Shown in pieces: positions 13,018-27,059 of a DNA stretch of 64,000 nucleotides (its first letter is position 1; each line of letters starts with the position of its first letter). The stretch lies in contig NC_043007.1 in NCBI RefSeq assembly GCF_006345805.1, positions 51,274,001-51,338,000 of the forward strand, in the 5' to 3' direction. This DNA comes from Octopus sinensis. Its lineage: Eukaryota. The notes under the pieces were generated by a model. It had not been told where the DNA came from. It made no database searches and was given only the letters and a program-made list of their open reading frames with translations. A program made the position numbers and the translations under genes.

Positions 13018-13064
<47 letters not shown>

Positions 13065-13369
13065 CACAGGTATACATTCACACTCTTGCATACACGTATA
13101 TATATATACATGCATATATATATATATATACACATCCTCCTCTCACACACTGACACCCGCACATATACAAGCATATGCATATCCGTATAAATTAAGGGAA
13201 CGTGTGCACGAAAGTCGTACTTATGCACCGGACATAGCCTTACACTCATATACATGCATATACACATATATACATATAAAATATGTGCATCCATATACAA
13301 ATACTCACACACGTACACATTCACACAATTAAAAGGAAAAAAACAGAAAAACGGAAAAAATATATACAA

Positions 13370-13930
13370 AAAATTAAAAATTTAAAAAGTTTAAAGAAAA
13401 TATATGGGAAGCTTGTGCAGGAACATTGTAAAAATGTGGATTCCACCCGGGGGGGGGGACTGCGTCAGTTATTTGTCAGATGTGGACATGATCGAAAAAG
13501 TTCAGTTCTTGAATTTTGATATGTAGTGAGGTCAAACGAACTTTTCCAGATGAGCCATCTTTCCATATTACAAGGACTGCACTTGCCACTACCGTTGGTA
13601 TAAGATTTACACTTGGCTAAGATCTTCCAGTAAATCCTATAGCTGATCCATTGTTCTTTTAACAACCATATATAACTGGAAAATTAGGTAGTTTTTCGTT
13701 TATTCCAGTGTCTGAAGCTTAAGATGTTATTGTTGAATCTTGCTTTGAAATTTCCCTCTGTGAGACTCATATATCTCTTTGATGAAACTTAGAATTGACG
13801 GTGGCTTCAATGGCCTCGTTCATACAGGCTCCATTTAGCGAGCTCAAGTCTTTATCTTCACAGGAACAGCCGGTTTCATGTTGTTGTGTTGCATTCTTTT
13901 AAAATTTGGGATTGAACTAAAAGTAATTTT
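13370..13930 (-). pseudogene. PLE GIY-YIG 3' fragment
   Basis: WKILAKCKSYTNGSGKCSPCNMERWLI...RTELFRSCPH resembles the C-terminus of the 6165 protein. Confidence 0.7.
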
Positions 13931-14084
13931 TAGATTATACCTATTAAACTTATTTTTAGATTATACCTATTAAAGAGTTTCCTGTAATAATGATGTATTG
14001 GAAAATGTCTATAAATGACAAGAAATATTTACCTACATATATATATACGTGTAAGCGGGAGTGTGAATATATGCCTGTTTATAT

Positions 14085-14187
<103 letters not shown>

Positions 14188-14666
14188 GTATATCTATACG
14201 TATAAATGTCTAAATATATATGTATTATGGTTATGTGTATGTGAGGATGAAGTTGTGTACACATATACATATATACATGCGTATGTGTGTGTGGATATAT
14301 ATGTATGTATGATTACGTACATAAACAAATATGGTTGTGTGTGTATGTGCATGTATGTATACATGTTTGTGTGAGTATGTACATATGCAGATGTTATGAA
14401 CGCAGGAGGTTTATGTCTATGTATTGTAAGAATATGGCTACGTGTACTTTTTATCTTTTGTCTTTTTATTTTTCTACCTATTAGAGTAATTTCGTTTTTA
14501 TTCAACAGCTTTTCATAGCGTCTATTGCTTTTCGCTCCGACATTTGAAACTCTGTTCTAAATTATAAAGTACACAAATAATCTATTTATCTAATATCGAG
14601 GTCTCATTATATTTTTGTCACTATTTATTATTGTTGTTGTTGCTGTTGTTGTTATCATCATCATCA

Positions 14667-14736
<70 letters not shown>

Positions 14737-14829
14737 AATAATAAAGATGAAAATAACAAAAATTGCGTAAATAAAGATACGAAGAATAATATTATAAACA
14801 CAAATAAAAATAAAACAATATGGTTGATA

Positions 14830-16540
14830 GTCCCTTATGGGACTCAAGTTAAAAGTAATATTATAAAAGAAATAACTAAAACTATAGAATCATTTATTGT
14901 AGAAAATTAAAAAATATATATGAACTTATTCTCTAAAAATAATATAGGTGTGGGATATTCTACTACCAACAACGTAGGGAACATTATTTCATCTCTTAAT
15001 AAACATAAGTTGAATAAATTTTACTATGATAAATTAAATAAGTATCCTAATAATAAGGTTAGAGACTTAAAAAGCTGCAATTGTAGGGATAAAAATCACT
15101 GTATATTTAAAGGTAGATGTAATTTAACTGATGTAGTATATAAATGTGTGGTTTCTGTAAACGAAGATAAGAATGAACTGAGTAAAATAAATAATAATAA
15201 TATAAATATTGAAAGAAATTTAGATAGAACATATATTGGTTTGACATCGAATAATATTAAACAACGAAGAGCACAGCATATTCATTCATTCAAAAATAAG
15301 AAATTAAAGAACTCGACAGGTCTGAGTAAATACTTCTGGAGTTTAAAATCGAAGGAAATTAAATATAATATTAAGTGGGAGATAAGAATAAACTACGTTT
15401 GTTATGTACCCATGAATTAATGGCGATATTATGGGCAAAAACTAAACTACTTAATGCACAGGATGAAAGAAAAATTAAATGTAAACACAAACTGAAGTGG
15501 CTAATTAATAAAATCTAACCCTAAAGCAAATAAACATAAATTAATTGTTAGAAATTACTATTAGATACTATTATTAAATTTTACTTACTATTTGAGTTGG
15601 GGAGTGATGGTTGTGCGATGGTGGGGGGATAGGTGAATAAAAATGAAAGAAAGGATGAATTGTTCCCATAATGCATTTACATCTTGTCCCACTGTCAGTA
15701 ATATGCTAATAACGTAAGAGTTTAAATGGAATAATTGGTATGTATGAGTATAAATACTTTCACAGAACCTTGCAGCGTAAATTGGAACTAGCTCAATTTA
15801 GCGCCATGATATCCAGGGGTAGATGGAAAATATTCTTCTTTTACATTTTAACTTTTACATTTTAAATTAAGTTTAGTATATTAATTCTAATTATATTAAT
15901 TTATAAATTAATTCCTGTATATATAATGTTTTCATTTTTTCATTTTTAGATGTTTTTCCCTTTATATATTTTTTCCATATATATTTTTTTCCATATATTT
16001 TTTGATATATTTTAATATCTACATTCGTATTTTACGTGTAACATTCACCTGAATTTTTGTCATTCGAATTAGTTTCCATTCGTCTCTTAATCATCCTCTT
16101 CATTTGGATATATATTTTTAATTTTTATTCTTATGATGTTATATTGTCTTCTCATTAGTATATATTTTTTCCGCATTCGTATATATTTTCTCATTCATAT
16201 ATATTTTTCATTTATATATATATTCTTTTGGACTTAATTCTTAATTAATTATGGCTTCAACTGCAGGGTTCAATGAATTTATTTAAACATATATATGTTT
16301 TGACATACTAGGAATTTATTTATACATATATTTAGTTTGATATACTTGTAAGTTGGAATATATAATGATAAAGTTATAAACGGGGGATACCTGGACCTGA
16401 AGATTGGGGTTGTATATAAGGGGAGGTGCTGTAAGAGACAGCATGTCTCAGGAACATAGTATACAACCTCATGAAATACGTGTAGTCGACAACTTTGAAC
16501 ACGAATAGTAAGCATTAAATATAATATTCTATGACATGGT
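14830..16540 (+). mobile_element. 5'-truncated AT-rich PLE (thumb/linker + GIY-YIG fragment, long 3' UTR with HHR)
   Basis: ORF 14920-15420: CNCRDKNHCIFKGRC..VVYKC..YIG..R..H..SF..LSKYFWSLK; HHR at 16394-16487. Confidence 0.8.
16394..16487 (+). ncRNA. type I hammerhead ribozyme
   Basis: GAC-CTGAAGA-T-TGGGGTTGTATA...TATACAACCTCA-T-GAAAT-ACGT-GT-A-GTC; 12-bp stem II. Confidence 0.7.
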
Positions 16541-16597
16541 TGAATTTATATTCTTATTTGTTGAATTTTATGGGGATTTCTATCTCTAAAGATACTT

Positions 16598-16645
<48 letters not shown>

Positions 16646-16647
<2 letters not shown>

Positions 16648-18212
16648 TAGCATTATGACCCGGCGTTGTCGGGTAATAGTGCTAGTCCACGTATATATGT
16701 GTATATATATGTGTACATCTATATATATATACATCTACACATAAAATACAAAATACAAAGTTATATCTTGATATCGCTAGTGATAACAATACTCAAAATA
16801 TAACAGACTGGAATTGTCTCTTGCAATTTCGATCAATTGTATCTTGTCCTCCCTCTTGTATAGAAGTGTGGTTACAATCCAACCTACCTCTACTTCTAGG
16901 GGGGCATCTTTAATTTTTATCCGGGACGTCCTACGTCCCAGATATAAAAATAAAATATTTTCACTTTGCAATGTCCGAGTCGAGTACTCCCTTGCACGCT
17001 CCGTTGACTCGAACCTTGCTTCTATTGTGGCGAATTTACCGCCTCTGTTTAGATACTTGACATCTTTCATAGTTGGACCAAGACACTTTTCGATGGTGCT
17101 TTCCGCCAGGTGTTCAAATCTTTTTTCTCTACATTGTATACTTTATAAACAATAGTCTTTTCTTTAATTTTTTTTTATTTCGTTTGGTGGTGTTATCCTA
17201 AATTCACCGTTTTTGTCGGTGATCAATCCGAAATAGGCTTGTATTTCTTTCATTTTAATTTCAGTGAGTTCGCTCCCGACGACTGCAGCGAAATTCAATT
17301 TTGGAGTTTCTTCTATCGAAGATATTTTAACAAAAATGTTTCCGTATAAACGGTGAAAATATTGTCAATTTCCTCAGACAGGGACACAATTTAATTTTTA
17401 AACAAAAACTGAAGCTTCTTCTCCCAAAGGGGGAGAGATACGGTTTACAATTATTTAACAAATGCAACACAACGACGCTTCCCTTACGAGGAACCAACAA
17501 ACGTGATAACAATAGTTAAACAGTAATAATAATAACAACAAACCTTACGGTGAATCAAAAAGTAGTACTCAGTTGAAGCTATAGTCCTTTATGGATAAGA
17601 AATAAACCAACAGCAGTATTCAGTAGATGCGTCTGTTCGACAAAACAGACATTACATATAGCCAAACATCATATAGATACTTAATGCTAGCTAATTAGCA
17701 GATAATCTAATGTAAAAGCCGTGGTAAAGGGTATGTGCACAGCTCCATCTGGACTATTCCATTTCTGCACTTTAATTTTATATTTAATTTATTCCCATTC
17801 ATGTGAAACCACTTATTCAAGTTCAAGTCATTGATGCAATTTTATACCAATTGCTGTTTTTACTTTTAATTGTTACGTTACGATTTAATTATTATATTAT
17901 ACTTTAGTTTGATTTTAATTATTACTTACTACATATAATTCAATTGTTATTATTATCTCTAATTTTTATTGTTAAAGTGAAAGTATCTGACATAAAATAG
18001 AGAGATGTTTTTGTTTTATTTTTAACACGTAATACTGAAATACTGGAGAAGATATGATATTGCTATGGGCTCGCCCTAGGCAAGAAGCTGAACATTGTTT
18101 TGTCCATGACACTACATGGACCCTAAGTAAGGCATGTGTAAAATTTGAATGAAATTGGTTGTGTAGTTCTCAAGTTTTAGGGAAACACACAGACAGACAG
18201 ATTCTTAGTTGT
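16646..18212 (+). mobile_element. HINE/DINE-1-like (Helentron-associated) non-autonomous element
   Basis: ACTAGC start with subterminal hairpin ACCCG-GCGTTGT-CGGGT; 3' end AAATTTGAATGAAATTGG..GTAGTTCTCAAG..(ACAG)n; TA-rich flanks. Confidence 0.5.
16777..17070 (-). pseudogene. possible retrotransposon ORF1 (RRM-like) remnant
   Basis: Non-repetitive 97-aa ORF (FATIEARFES..RIKIKDAPLEV); judged only by general resemblance. Confidence 0.25.
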
Positions 18213-18226
18213 ATATATATATATAT

Positions 18227-18953
18227 CAGGATGGCCAAAGCTAAGTGCAGAAGTTATTTTTAAATATTAATATTAGAAATATTAATATTAATATTATTTT
18301 TAAACATTAATATTAATATTAATATTAATATTATTTTTAAACATTAATATTAGAAACGTAGTGAAGACGGCCAGCTGGCAGAATCGCCACTACGCCGGAC
18401 AAACTGCTTAGAGGTATTTTCTCTATCTACATCCTGAATTCAATTTCCACAGTGATCGTCTTTCCCTGGGACGAGCATCCTGCCCTGAAATATCAGACTT
18501 CGTGCCTATAGTGGCAAGTATTATTATAAATATGGTGAATAAGTGGAATTGTTAAGGAGTCAGAAAAACGACTTGCGTTATTTATTCTAGCTTTTTATGT
18601 TGTAAATTCAAATAGGAGAGCAACTTTGTCTTTCAACACTCCAGTGTCGTTAGAATGAAATACTACACAAGAAATGGAGTTTATGGTATCCACAAAGTCC
18701 TGCTCCACTTTCCAAGCATTGACCTAAATCAGAAACAAAAGAGAGTCAAAGATTGGCAGACTCGTTAGACAGCCGGAAAAACATCTTAGTTTCAAATCCC
18801 ACGGAATTCAACTTGCATCCTTTTGGAGGTCGACAAAAGCTAAAGAGCATAATTTCTAATTTGGTCAGATATTTTGGGGGGTAAAATGTCACTTCGCTCT
18901 CTTTACAATTGATCATTTAAAAATAACTTCTGCACTTAGCATTGGCCACCCTG
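18227..18953. mobile_element. Tc1/mariner-type MITE with ~40-bp TIRs
   Basis: CAGGATGGCCAAAGCTAAGTGCAGAAGTTATTTTTAAAT and ATTTAAAAATAACTTCTGCACTTAGCATTGGCCACCCTG; TA on the left. Confidence 0.8.
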
Positions 18954-19799
18954 ATAGCAACTACTAGTTTTAGAGCGAACTGGACCCATACAATTTAAAC
19001 AGAATTCCAGTCAGGTGGTAGAAGCAGCTGAGAATGCCTCTCCATCTGTTGACATATAGTATGATGTCAATCACTTGAATTTCATTTCCTATGTGTCTGA
19101 CACCACTAGGGTAAGTCGCTCCAACCTTCGCATTGGTAGCTCAAACGCCAAAGCTTTGAGAAGTGACGGTGGGAGATATATTTGACGTAGTAATTGCATG
19201 ATTAAAAAAAGTTTAGATAGACCGCCATTTGATTTGAACACCGAATAGGTACTGTTGTATGAGGCGGAATCAGGTTTTGAAGGAGGGAATATAACTAACG
19301 GAAGTCATCGCTAGATGGCGACGTTTAAATCTCTCAAATGCTTTAGTTTAATCTGGATTGAACAGAACCCATCAAAAGCCAGATCTATTTCAATGTGTTG
19401 CATAAAGTGGAGGCTGTCACGTATAGACAGATCTTCGGGGACCGAACAGGTCTGAGTATCTGAAGTAACAACACTTCCGACAAACACGAACCTCTCAATG
19501 TTCACAATTCTCAATTCTAACTGTGCTTCGTGCCAAAATTGCTCGTAATATCAAACTTAATAACAATAATAGATTCAAATTTTAGCACAAATTACTTTAG
19601 AGGAGAGATGAGTTAATTACATCGACACCAGTATGTTACTGGCACTTATTTCATCGATTCCGTGAGAATGAATGTCTATGTCGACTCGACGACATTCGAA
19701 ATCAGAACCTAGAATTTAAATCAGGAAGATATGTCGGTGACATAACGATTCTGCTAGCGAGCCACCCTATAACAGCAGCAAAAATGACAACAACAAAAA

Positions 19800-20520
<721 letters not shown>

Positions 20521-20549
20521 AATAATAAAAATAATAATAATGCCAATAA

Positions 20550-21235
20550 ACTCGTGAGCAAACGCAGTAGTTCGGTATGGTTCTGGAATCCTGACAGAGG
20601 AGGAGCTAAAGGAAATGGTCAGGAAGTCAAGAAACCTCCTAACGATGCATGGAGCCCATCACGTGTAGACACTGATCGCCTATACATGAAGAGAGAAAAT
20701 GGAGGAAGGGGACTGATAAGTATGGAAGACTGCGTGTGTATCGAACTCGAGAGTTTAATGAGATACCTGGCCCAATGTAAGGAAAACTTGCTAGCAACAG
20801 TTGGGAGCAGAGAAAAAAGGGAAAACAAAGAAAGAAGTACAAAAAGGACATAAAGAAGAATTATGCAATCAATTACATGTAGTCACAACAGAAAAATAGG
20901 TGGGATTGGCTGAAGAAAGTAACACTAAAAAAAGAGACCGAGAGCATTATGCTGGTAGCGCAGGACCAAGCTCTGGCCACGAACTGGGGGATCAACCTGA
21001 GGAATGAGCAAGTGTCTTTGCTGTGCCGCATCTGCAACAGAGTGGATGAAACCATTGCCCATATCACGATTTGCAAAAATCACTGCAAGTTGTGGCGACA
21101 CGACCCAGAAACTCTGCGAAAAAGTGGGAGCTAGAGAGAGGGGCAAGACGTGGTATGAGCACAAACCGCAGAGAGTGGTAGAGTCGGAGACTAGCAAAAT
21201 ATTCTGGGATTTCCCAGAATCAGGTGCCAGAGCGT
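20550..21235 (+). pseudogene. R4/Dong-type non-LTR retrotransposon fragment
   Basis: DTDRLYMKRENGGRGLISMEDC; AQDQALAT; LCRICNRVDETIAHI (CCHC region); IFWDF. Confidence 0.8.
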
Positions 21236-21627
21236 AACTAGAACTGCTACAAAAGGTTTGCTACCTTGGCACCGCCAGAATAATCAGGGAAGTATTAAAT
21301 AGTTGAAAAGAACGAACAGCCTGGTACCGTTGGCTGCGGAAAGGAAGCATCCAGGAGCTCCAACAAACCTGTGATAAAGAGATAATAACGACGTTATTTT
21401 CACAGTATAATATCTGAATAAAAACTTACATTAGAGCTGTGTAAGAAGTGAGTATATGTCAAGTAGACTTAACATTTTTGAGACATAGGGAAGAGGGGGA
21501 GAACAGTGGTGGACTCGATATGATTCTTAAAGGTAATATGTGATTTAAGTGACGACACATACACCATCAGACGATATCAACTGGGTATGGAAACTGGGTC
21601 ATGGAGATGGTTGGTTGATAAATCATA

Positions 21628-21673
<46 letters not shown>

Positions 21674-21674
21674 C

Positions 21675-22052
21675 GAGGCATTCCGTTGCTTACGACAACG
21701 AGGGTTCCAGTTGATCCGATCACCGGAATAGTCTGCTCTTGAAATTAACGTGCAAGTGGCTGAGCACTCCACAGACACGTGTGCCTTAAAGGAGTTCTCA
21801 GGGAGATTCACCGTGACTCAGAGTGTGACACGGCTGGCCCTTCGAAATACAGGTACAACAGAAACAGGAAGAGCGAGAGAAAGTTGTGGTGAAAAAGTAC
21901 AGCAGGGTTCGCCACCACCACCCTGCCGGAGTCACGAGGAGCTTTAGGTGTTTTCGCTCAAGAGATACTTACAACGCCCAGTCTGGGAATCGAAAGCGTG
22001 ATCCTACGACTGCGGGTCCGCTACCCTAACCACAGGGACATTGGGCTTCCAC
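21675..22052 (-). mobile_element. tRNA-derived SINE
   Basis: Minus-strand head CTGTGGTTAGGGTAGCGGACCCGCAGTCGTAGGATCACGCTTTCGATTCCCAG (A/B boxes). Confidence 0.7.
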
Positions 22053-22158
22053 ACATATATATATATATATATATGAGACCAAAGTGTACGTACGCCGTTA
22101 TATGTATAATATATATATGTATGTATATATATATATCTTTATATATATATATATATAT

Positions 22159-22214
<56 letters not shown>

Positions 22215-22651
22215 AAACAAGTAAAAAATAGAAAATGCTAAAATAATTTTATAGTGAACATTTCAGTACCGGTTTCGGTCATTTTGAGACCTTTTCAACT
22301 GTAACGATTAAATAATTAAATTTAGAAAAATTAGAAGAAAAGTTTTTTAAAAGAATATTTCTATAGTAGTGTTCAGATTTAAGTGGCATTCTGCCTTTCT
22401 CTGACTCCCTTGTTTGCACTTGTGTGTTCGAGGTAGTTGTGAGTTCTTGGTAGGGTAGTAGAGGGAAGGCTGGTGAGGAAAGGGGGGTGGGAGAATCTGG
22501 GAGTGCCCTGATAGTCGTATTTTGAATGGTCAGTGGCGGCTGGCAGTCTCAGTTCAATTCAGGAGAATATTTATATTGACAGGCTTGTTTATGGAATTAG
22601 CGTAGGTGTTATACTAAAAAACATTAGTGACAAACTTAAGGGGTAGGGGGT

Positions 22652-22915
22652 GGAGAAGAAGAAGAAGAAGAAGAAGAAGAAGAAGAAGAAGGAGAAGGAG
22701 AAGGAGAAGGAGAAGGAGAAGATGACGATGATGGTGATGGTGGTGATGATTATGACGACGATGATGATGATAACAATGATGATGAATAAGAAGAAGAAGA
22801 AGAAGGAGGAGAAGGAGAAGATGGTGGTGATGATGGTGGCGATGATGATGATGCCGATGATGATGATAACGATGATGATGAAGAAGAAGAGGAAGAAGAA
22901 GAAGAAGAAAAAAAC
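22652..22915. repeat. compound (GAA)n/(GAGAAG)n/(GAT)n tract in the PLE 3' UTR
   Basis: Seen directly. Confidence 0.9.
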
Positions 22916-23041
22916 AGAGAAGGGAGAATATGAATGGGTGTAAATATAGCTATGAAGGGGCTGATTAGTAATGGATTCTATGGAGTGTAGTATTTGTGTG
23001 TGTATATATATTTTTTTCTTTTATTCTAAAGTTGAGGTATA

Positions 23042-24325
23042 TTAATTGTTTGTCGTAGACCCGTTAAGAAGTGGCTTGTATTTTGTAATAAAGAGATTTT
23101 CTTTACTTATTCGTTGTCTCGAGGTTGTATCGTCCCTAAATTGGTAGAGGGGGAAAATTCTGAAGTTTGGTGTTTTTTTGTTGGCGCAAGTATCTATGTG
23201 TTGGCTAAAAGCTATTTTTCTGTTTTGGGGAATTTTTATCTGGGATCTGTGCAGGGCCATTCGTTTACGCAAACCATTTTTTGTTTGGCCTATGTACTGC
23301 TCTTGACACCCGGAGCAGGTTAGTGAGTATATTAGGTTCTCCGAAGCACATGTGAAGTTGCTTTTCACTGTAAAACGTTGTCCCTGTTTGAAGGAGAACT
23401 CAGAACCCTCGATTAGATAGTCGCATATCCCGCAATTGGGTCTTCCACATTTTTTTACTGTCGGCTTCTGTGTTGAAGAGTGAATTCGGGCTTGTGTAAG
23501 GAGACTTTTCATGGATCTAGGCTGTCTTTTGCTTTTTATGATCGTGTGTGTTTGGAGGATTGTGTTCATTCTGTGGTCTTTTTTTAGGAGGGGTATGTTG
23601 TGGAGGATGGTGTCGAAGGCTTCGTTATTGAGAGGGTTGTGTGTGGAGATGTATGGTAAGGCTTTTGGTTGTAAGTTTTTCTTTGATTTGGGATGTCTCA
23701 GTTCCTTGATATTAAGTTGAAGGGCACGTTGAATGCATTTGTCAATAAGTGAAGGTGGATAGTTCCTGGTGATAAGGGTATCTTTTAGTTCTTGTAGTCG
23801 TGTGTCTCTGGTGTTTGCGTTAGAGACTATAGTGCATATCCTTTTTGCTAGATTGAAGGGGATATTCATCCTGGTGTGTCTGGGGTGGCATGAATTGAAT
23901 GGAAGATATTGCTTAGAGTCTGTAGGCTTATAGTATATGTCTGTTTCTATTATATTATTAGCTTTCTTAATGAGGATATCGAGGAAGGGGAGTTGTTGTT
24001 GGCTATATTCCATCGTGAATTGGATGTTTACGTCCAGTCCGTTTAAAATTTTCTGGAATTCTATGAGTTTTTCTATATTTTTATGCCAAAGGATGAAACA
24101 GTCATCTAGATATCTCTTCCAGTTGTTTTCTATGTAGATGGAGAAAGGGCTGCCATATCTTTCTAGAACCTTACGATACAGACTGATCTCTAGGTATCCT
24201 ATGACTAGGTTGGCAAAGGAGGGGGCCATTCGTGTACCCATCGCAGTCCCCGATTTTTGTCGGTAGAAGTTGTCATTGAAGGCGAAGAAGTTATTTTCCA
24301 GGATGAATTTAACCCCTTCTATCAC
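23042..24325 (-). CDS. PLE RT C-terminal half + Cys-rich linker + GIY-YIG endonuclease
   Basis: FYRQKSGTAMGTRMAPSFANL, RYLDD, PFLDILI, CGRPNCGIC, NLIYSLTCSGCQEQYIGQT..R..H..E..FI..LN. Confidence 0.92.
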   Translation of the reverse strand: MIEGVKFILENNFFAFNDNFYRQKSGTAMGTRMAPSFANLVIGYLEISLYRKVLERYGSPFSIYIENNWKRYLDDCFILWHKNIEKLIEFQKILNGLDVNIQFTMEYSQQQLPFLDILIKKANNIIETDIYYKPTDSKQYLPFNSCHPRHTRMNIPFNLAKRICTIVSNANTRDTRLQELKDTLITRNYPPSLIDKCIQRALQLNIKELRHPKSKKNLQPKALPYISTHNPLNNEAFDTILHNIPLLKKDHRMNTILQTHTIIKSKRQPRSMKSLLTQARIHSSTQKPTVKKCGRPNCGICDYLIEGSEFSFKQGQRFTVKSNFTCASENLIYSLTCSGCQEQYIGQTKNGLRKRMALHRSQIKIPQNRKIAFSQHIDTCANKKTPNFRIFPLYQFRDDTTSRQRISKENLFITKYKPLLNGSTTNN

Positions 24326-24646
24326 AAATTCTTTTTTGATGCGGTGTGTGTGGTAGTTCGTTGGCGTGATTCTCTAGCCAGAATTGGATTGCCTCTAGTC
24401 CTAGGTGTGGGGGATATTGGAGTAGAGGTTGACTACATCGAAGGATACCAGTATGGTGTTTTGTTTATAGTATTCGGTAGGTGATTGAGCATATCTAAGT
24501 CGTCCCTTATATAGCTTTTGACATGTTTGAGGAGTGGTTTTAACAGGGTGTCTAAAAAGTTACTGAGGCGGTGGGTTTCGCATGCGGGACCTGCTATTAT
24601 GGGTCTCAATTTGAGGTCATTAGGATTAGGGACTTTAATTATTTTG

Positions 24647-24685
<39 letters not shown>

Positions 24686-24690
<5 letters not shown>

Positions 24691-24970
24691 ATCCAAACAT
24701 GAAAGCACAAAAAACACAACAACGCGAGGACGTGGAGCAAATATAGTATTATTGGACGCTCAGGAAAGAAGGAAAGAAGGAGGGTTTAACGTTTCGAGCG
24801 GAGCTCTTCGTCGGAAACATAGGAGAAGGGAATGGACAAGAACACAAAACATCCGGACTGTTAGGTGATACAAAAATGGGACAACTAAAACATCCAGATA
24901 GACGATACAATGAAAACAAGGACGGGTCATTCGAAGTTTTCTTTCCTCAGTCAAGTACCAGATTATCTTC
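24686..24970 (-). mobile_element. short HHR-bearing PLE pLTR-type element
   Basis: Minus strand: GTTT-CCGACGA-A-GAGC-TCC-GCTC-GAAAC-GT-T-AAAC (24784-24818); same family as 62210-62395. Confidence 0.8.
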
Positions 24971-25631
24971 GCAAGGAGTATGAAGCAAACAACATTTTTT
25001 TATATAAACATGTTTTTCGGTTATTTTTCTGATGAACAACGCTGCAGTTTCCGGCTGCTAAATTCAGTCAGAAGTATGTGGTTGGCCTAGGGCTATAGTA
25101 GAAAACAGCTACCCAAGGTACCAAGCAGAAGGACTAAACGTGGAACCATGTGGTTGGGAAATAAATATCTGAACCACACAGTCATTCTTGCACCTAATGT
25201 GTGTGCGTCTGTGTGTTTACATTTGCTGTTAAATCGAGTACTGTGTCCCATTATGTCTCAAAGTTAGCAGTTCATCAAGTAGCAATTTATAAAATAAATG
25301 CCAGATTGAAATATGTACTGAGGTCAGTATGATCAATCAAATTTTTGTAGGTGATACCCCATCATGGTGACAGTCGAAATACTAAACCTAGTAAAATAAT
25401 GTTTAAAGACTTAATGGCTTCAAATTTAAGGTAATGGATTACTAACCACAAAGTAATGAATGTAAAACTTCGTACTGAACTTCCACTTTATATGTACATT
25501 TCAGTCTAATTTACTTCCAGCAATTAACAATTGTAATTTGAAGTTGAATGGTTAGCAGTAAGAAAGATGTCCAGATTTCTTAAGAAATTACTGTGCAAAA
25601 TATTCTGAGGAAAAGTATTTTTCACCACAAC

Positions 25632-25678
<47 letters not shown>

Positions 25679-26357
25679 CCACAGGTATTTCTGTCGTAAC
25701 TGGAGCTACTACGAATAGCAGCCAAATCTCTCTTAAAACACAACCTTTCATCAAAAGAAAGACACAGATTTACAGTATTTCGGGAAGAAAAGAATTATGC
25801 GATGGCTCTGCTACATCTGGGTGAAACAAAACACAGGCAAACATACTTCACATCAAAAGATTATCTACCTAACAATACTAATAAAGTTGACGGTATATTT
25901 CGCAGTTTCATTCTATGGTAAGTTTCCATGTGTTTTAAGATTGTTCAGGTAGAGTTGCCTCCCTTAGCTGAAGACCTCAAAATTGTGCGACCCAACCTCG
26001 TTTTCGTGATTATTTTTGTAGTAAAAAGAGAGTTGTGCAAAGAACACTTTATTTGGTAGCCGAAATATTACTGAATCTTTTGATACTTCATATGTCAAAA
26101 TCAACAGTTTAATTTTCGAACCCATAAGGAACATACGTACACATACACACATACACACACATACAAATTCTGTTTTATTATATAATATATCGAGTCACAA
26201 ATTCGATATATTGTCAACGGGATGGAGAATTAAACTTAGTGAAGTAAAAGTAAATTGGTAAATTGATATCACGAAAACATGGTTACATAATGAGACAGAT
26301 TATAAATATAGCTGAAATATTCCGTTCAAGTGAGAATATATATATTTGAATACTCCC

Positions 26358-26486
<129 letters not shown>

Positions 26487-27059
26487 GTCTGTCTGTCTGT
26501 CTGTCTATGCATCAATCTGTCTCTCTATCTCTCGTTCTCTTTTCCCACCTTTTCACTTTCGGTTGAAAATCTTAGCGAACAAAATAGAATTAAAAGTAAA
26601 TAATGTTTACATATTATGCTAATTTTGAATGTGTTTTAATTTAAAATGTAATGTGCATGTGAGAGTGTGTGGTGAGTACAGTCACTATACAACACCTATT
26701 TCTTTATTGCCCACAATGGGCTAAACATAGAGGGGACAAACAAGGACAGACAAAGGGGTTAAGTCGACTACATCGACCCCAGTGCGTAACTGGTACTTTA
26801 TTTGTCGACCTCGAAAGGTCGAAATGTCGATTATAGTGACCTGGAAAGGTCACTATACAATACCACAGACTTGGTATGAAACATGAAACACTAAAAATGC
26901 CGTATCAATAAACGTATCAACACGTGTCATGCAAGCAAATTTGTTACACTTCAAGCATTGAAGTTGAAATGAATACATATAAATAATACTACAAATTCAC
27001 ACACACACACACACAAAATAAAAAGTCACAGCGATATGTATTGGTGAGTTATCTTTCCT

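Larger units (their letters stand above)
5257..13019 (-). mobile_element. young Penelope-like retroelement: two tandem ~3.64 kb copies plus inverted pseudo-LTR fragment, in a (TA)n tract
   Basis: 5257-8898 is almost identical to 8899-12545. 12545-13019 is the reverse complement of ~5407-5882. (TA)n lies on both flanks. Confidence 0.95.
22212..24655 (-). mobile_element. 5'-truncated Neptune-type PLE between (TA)n tracts
   Basis: RT upstream of the ORF (LRPIIAG, SFDVVNLY, with frameshifts); decayed HHR in the 3' UTR at ~22262-22305 (CAG-TTGAAAA-GGTC..GACC-GAAAC-CG-GTA-CTG). Confidence 0.9.

Noticed and set aside
19311-19514. Possible host exon
   Set aside because: TTG-start 67-aa ORF, no recognisable motif, no convincing splice pair.
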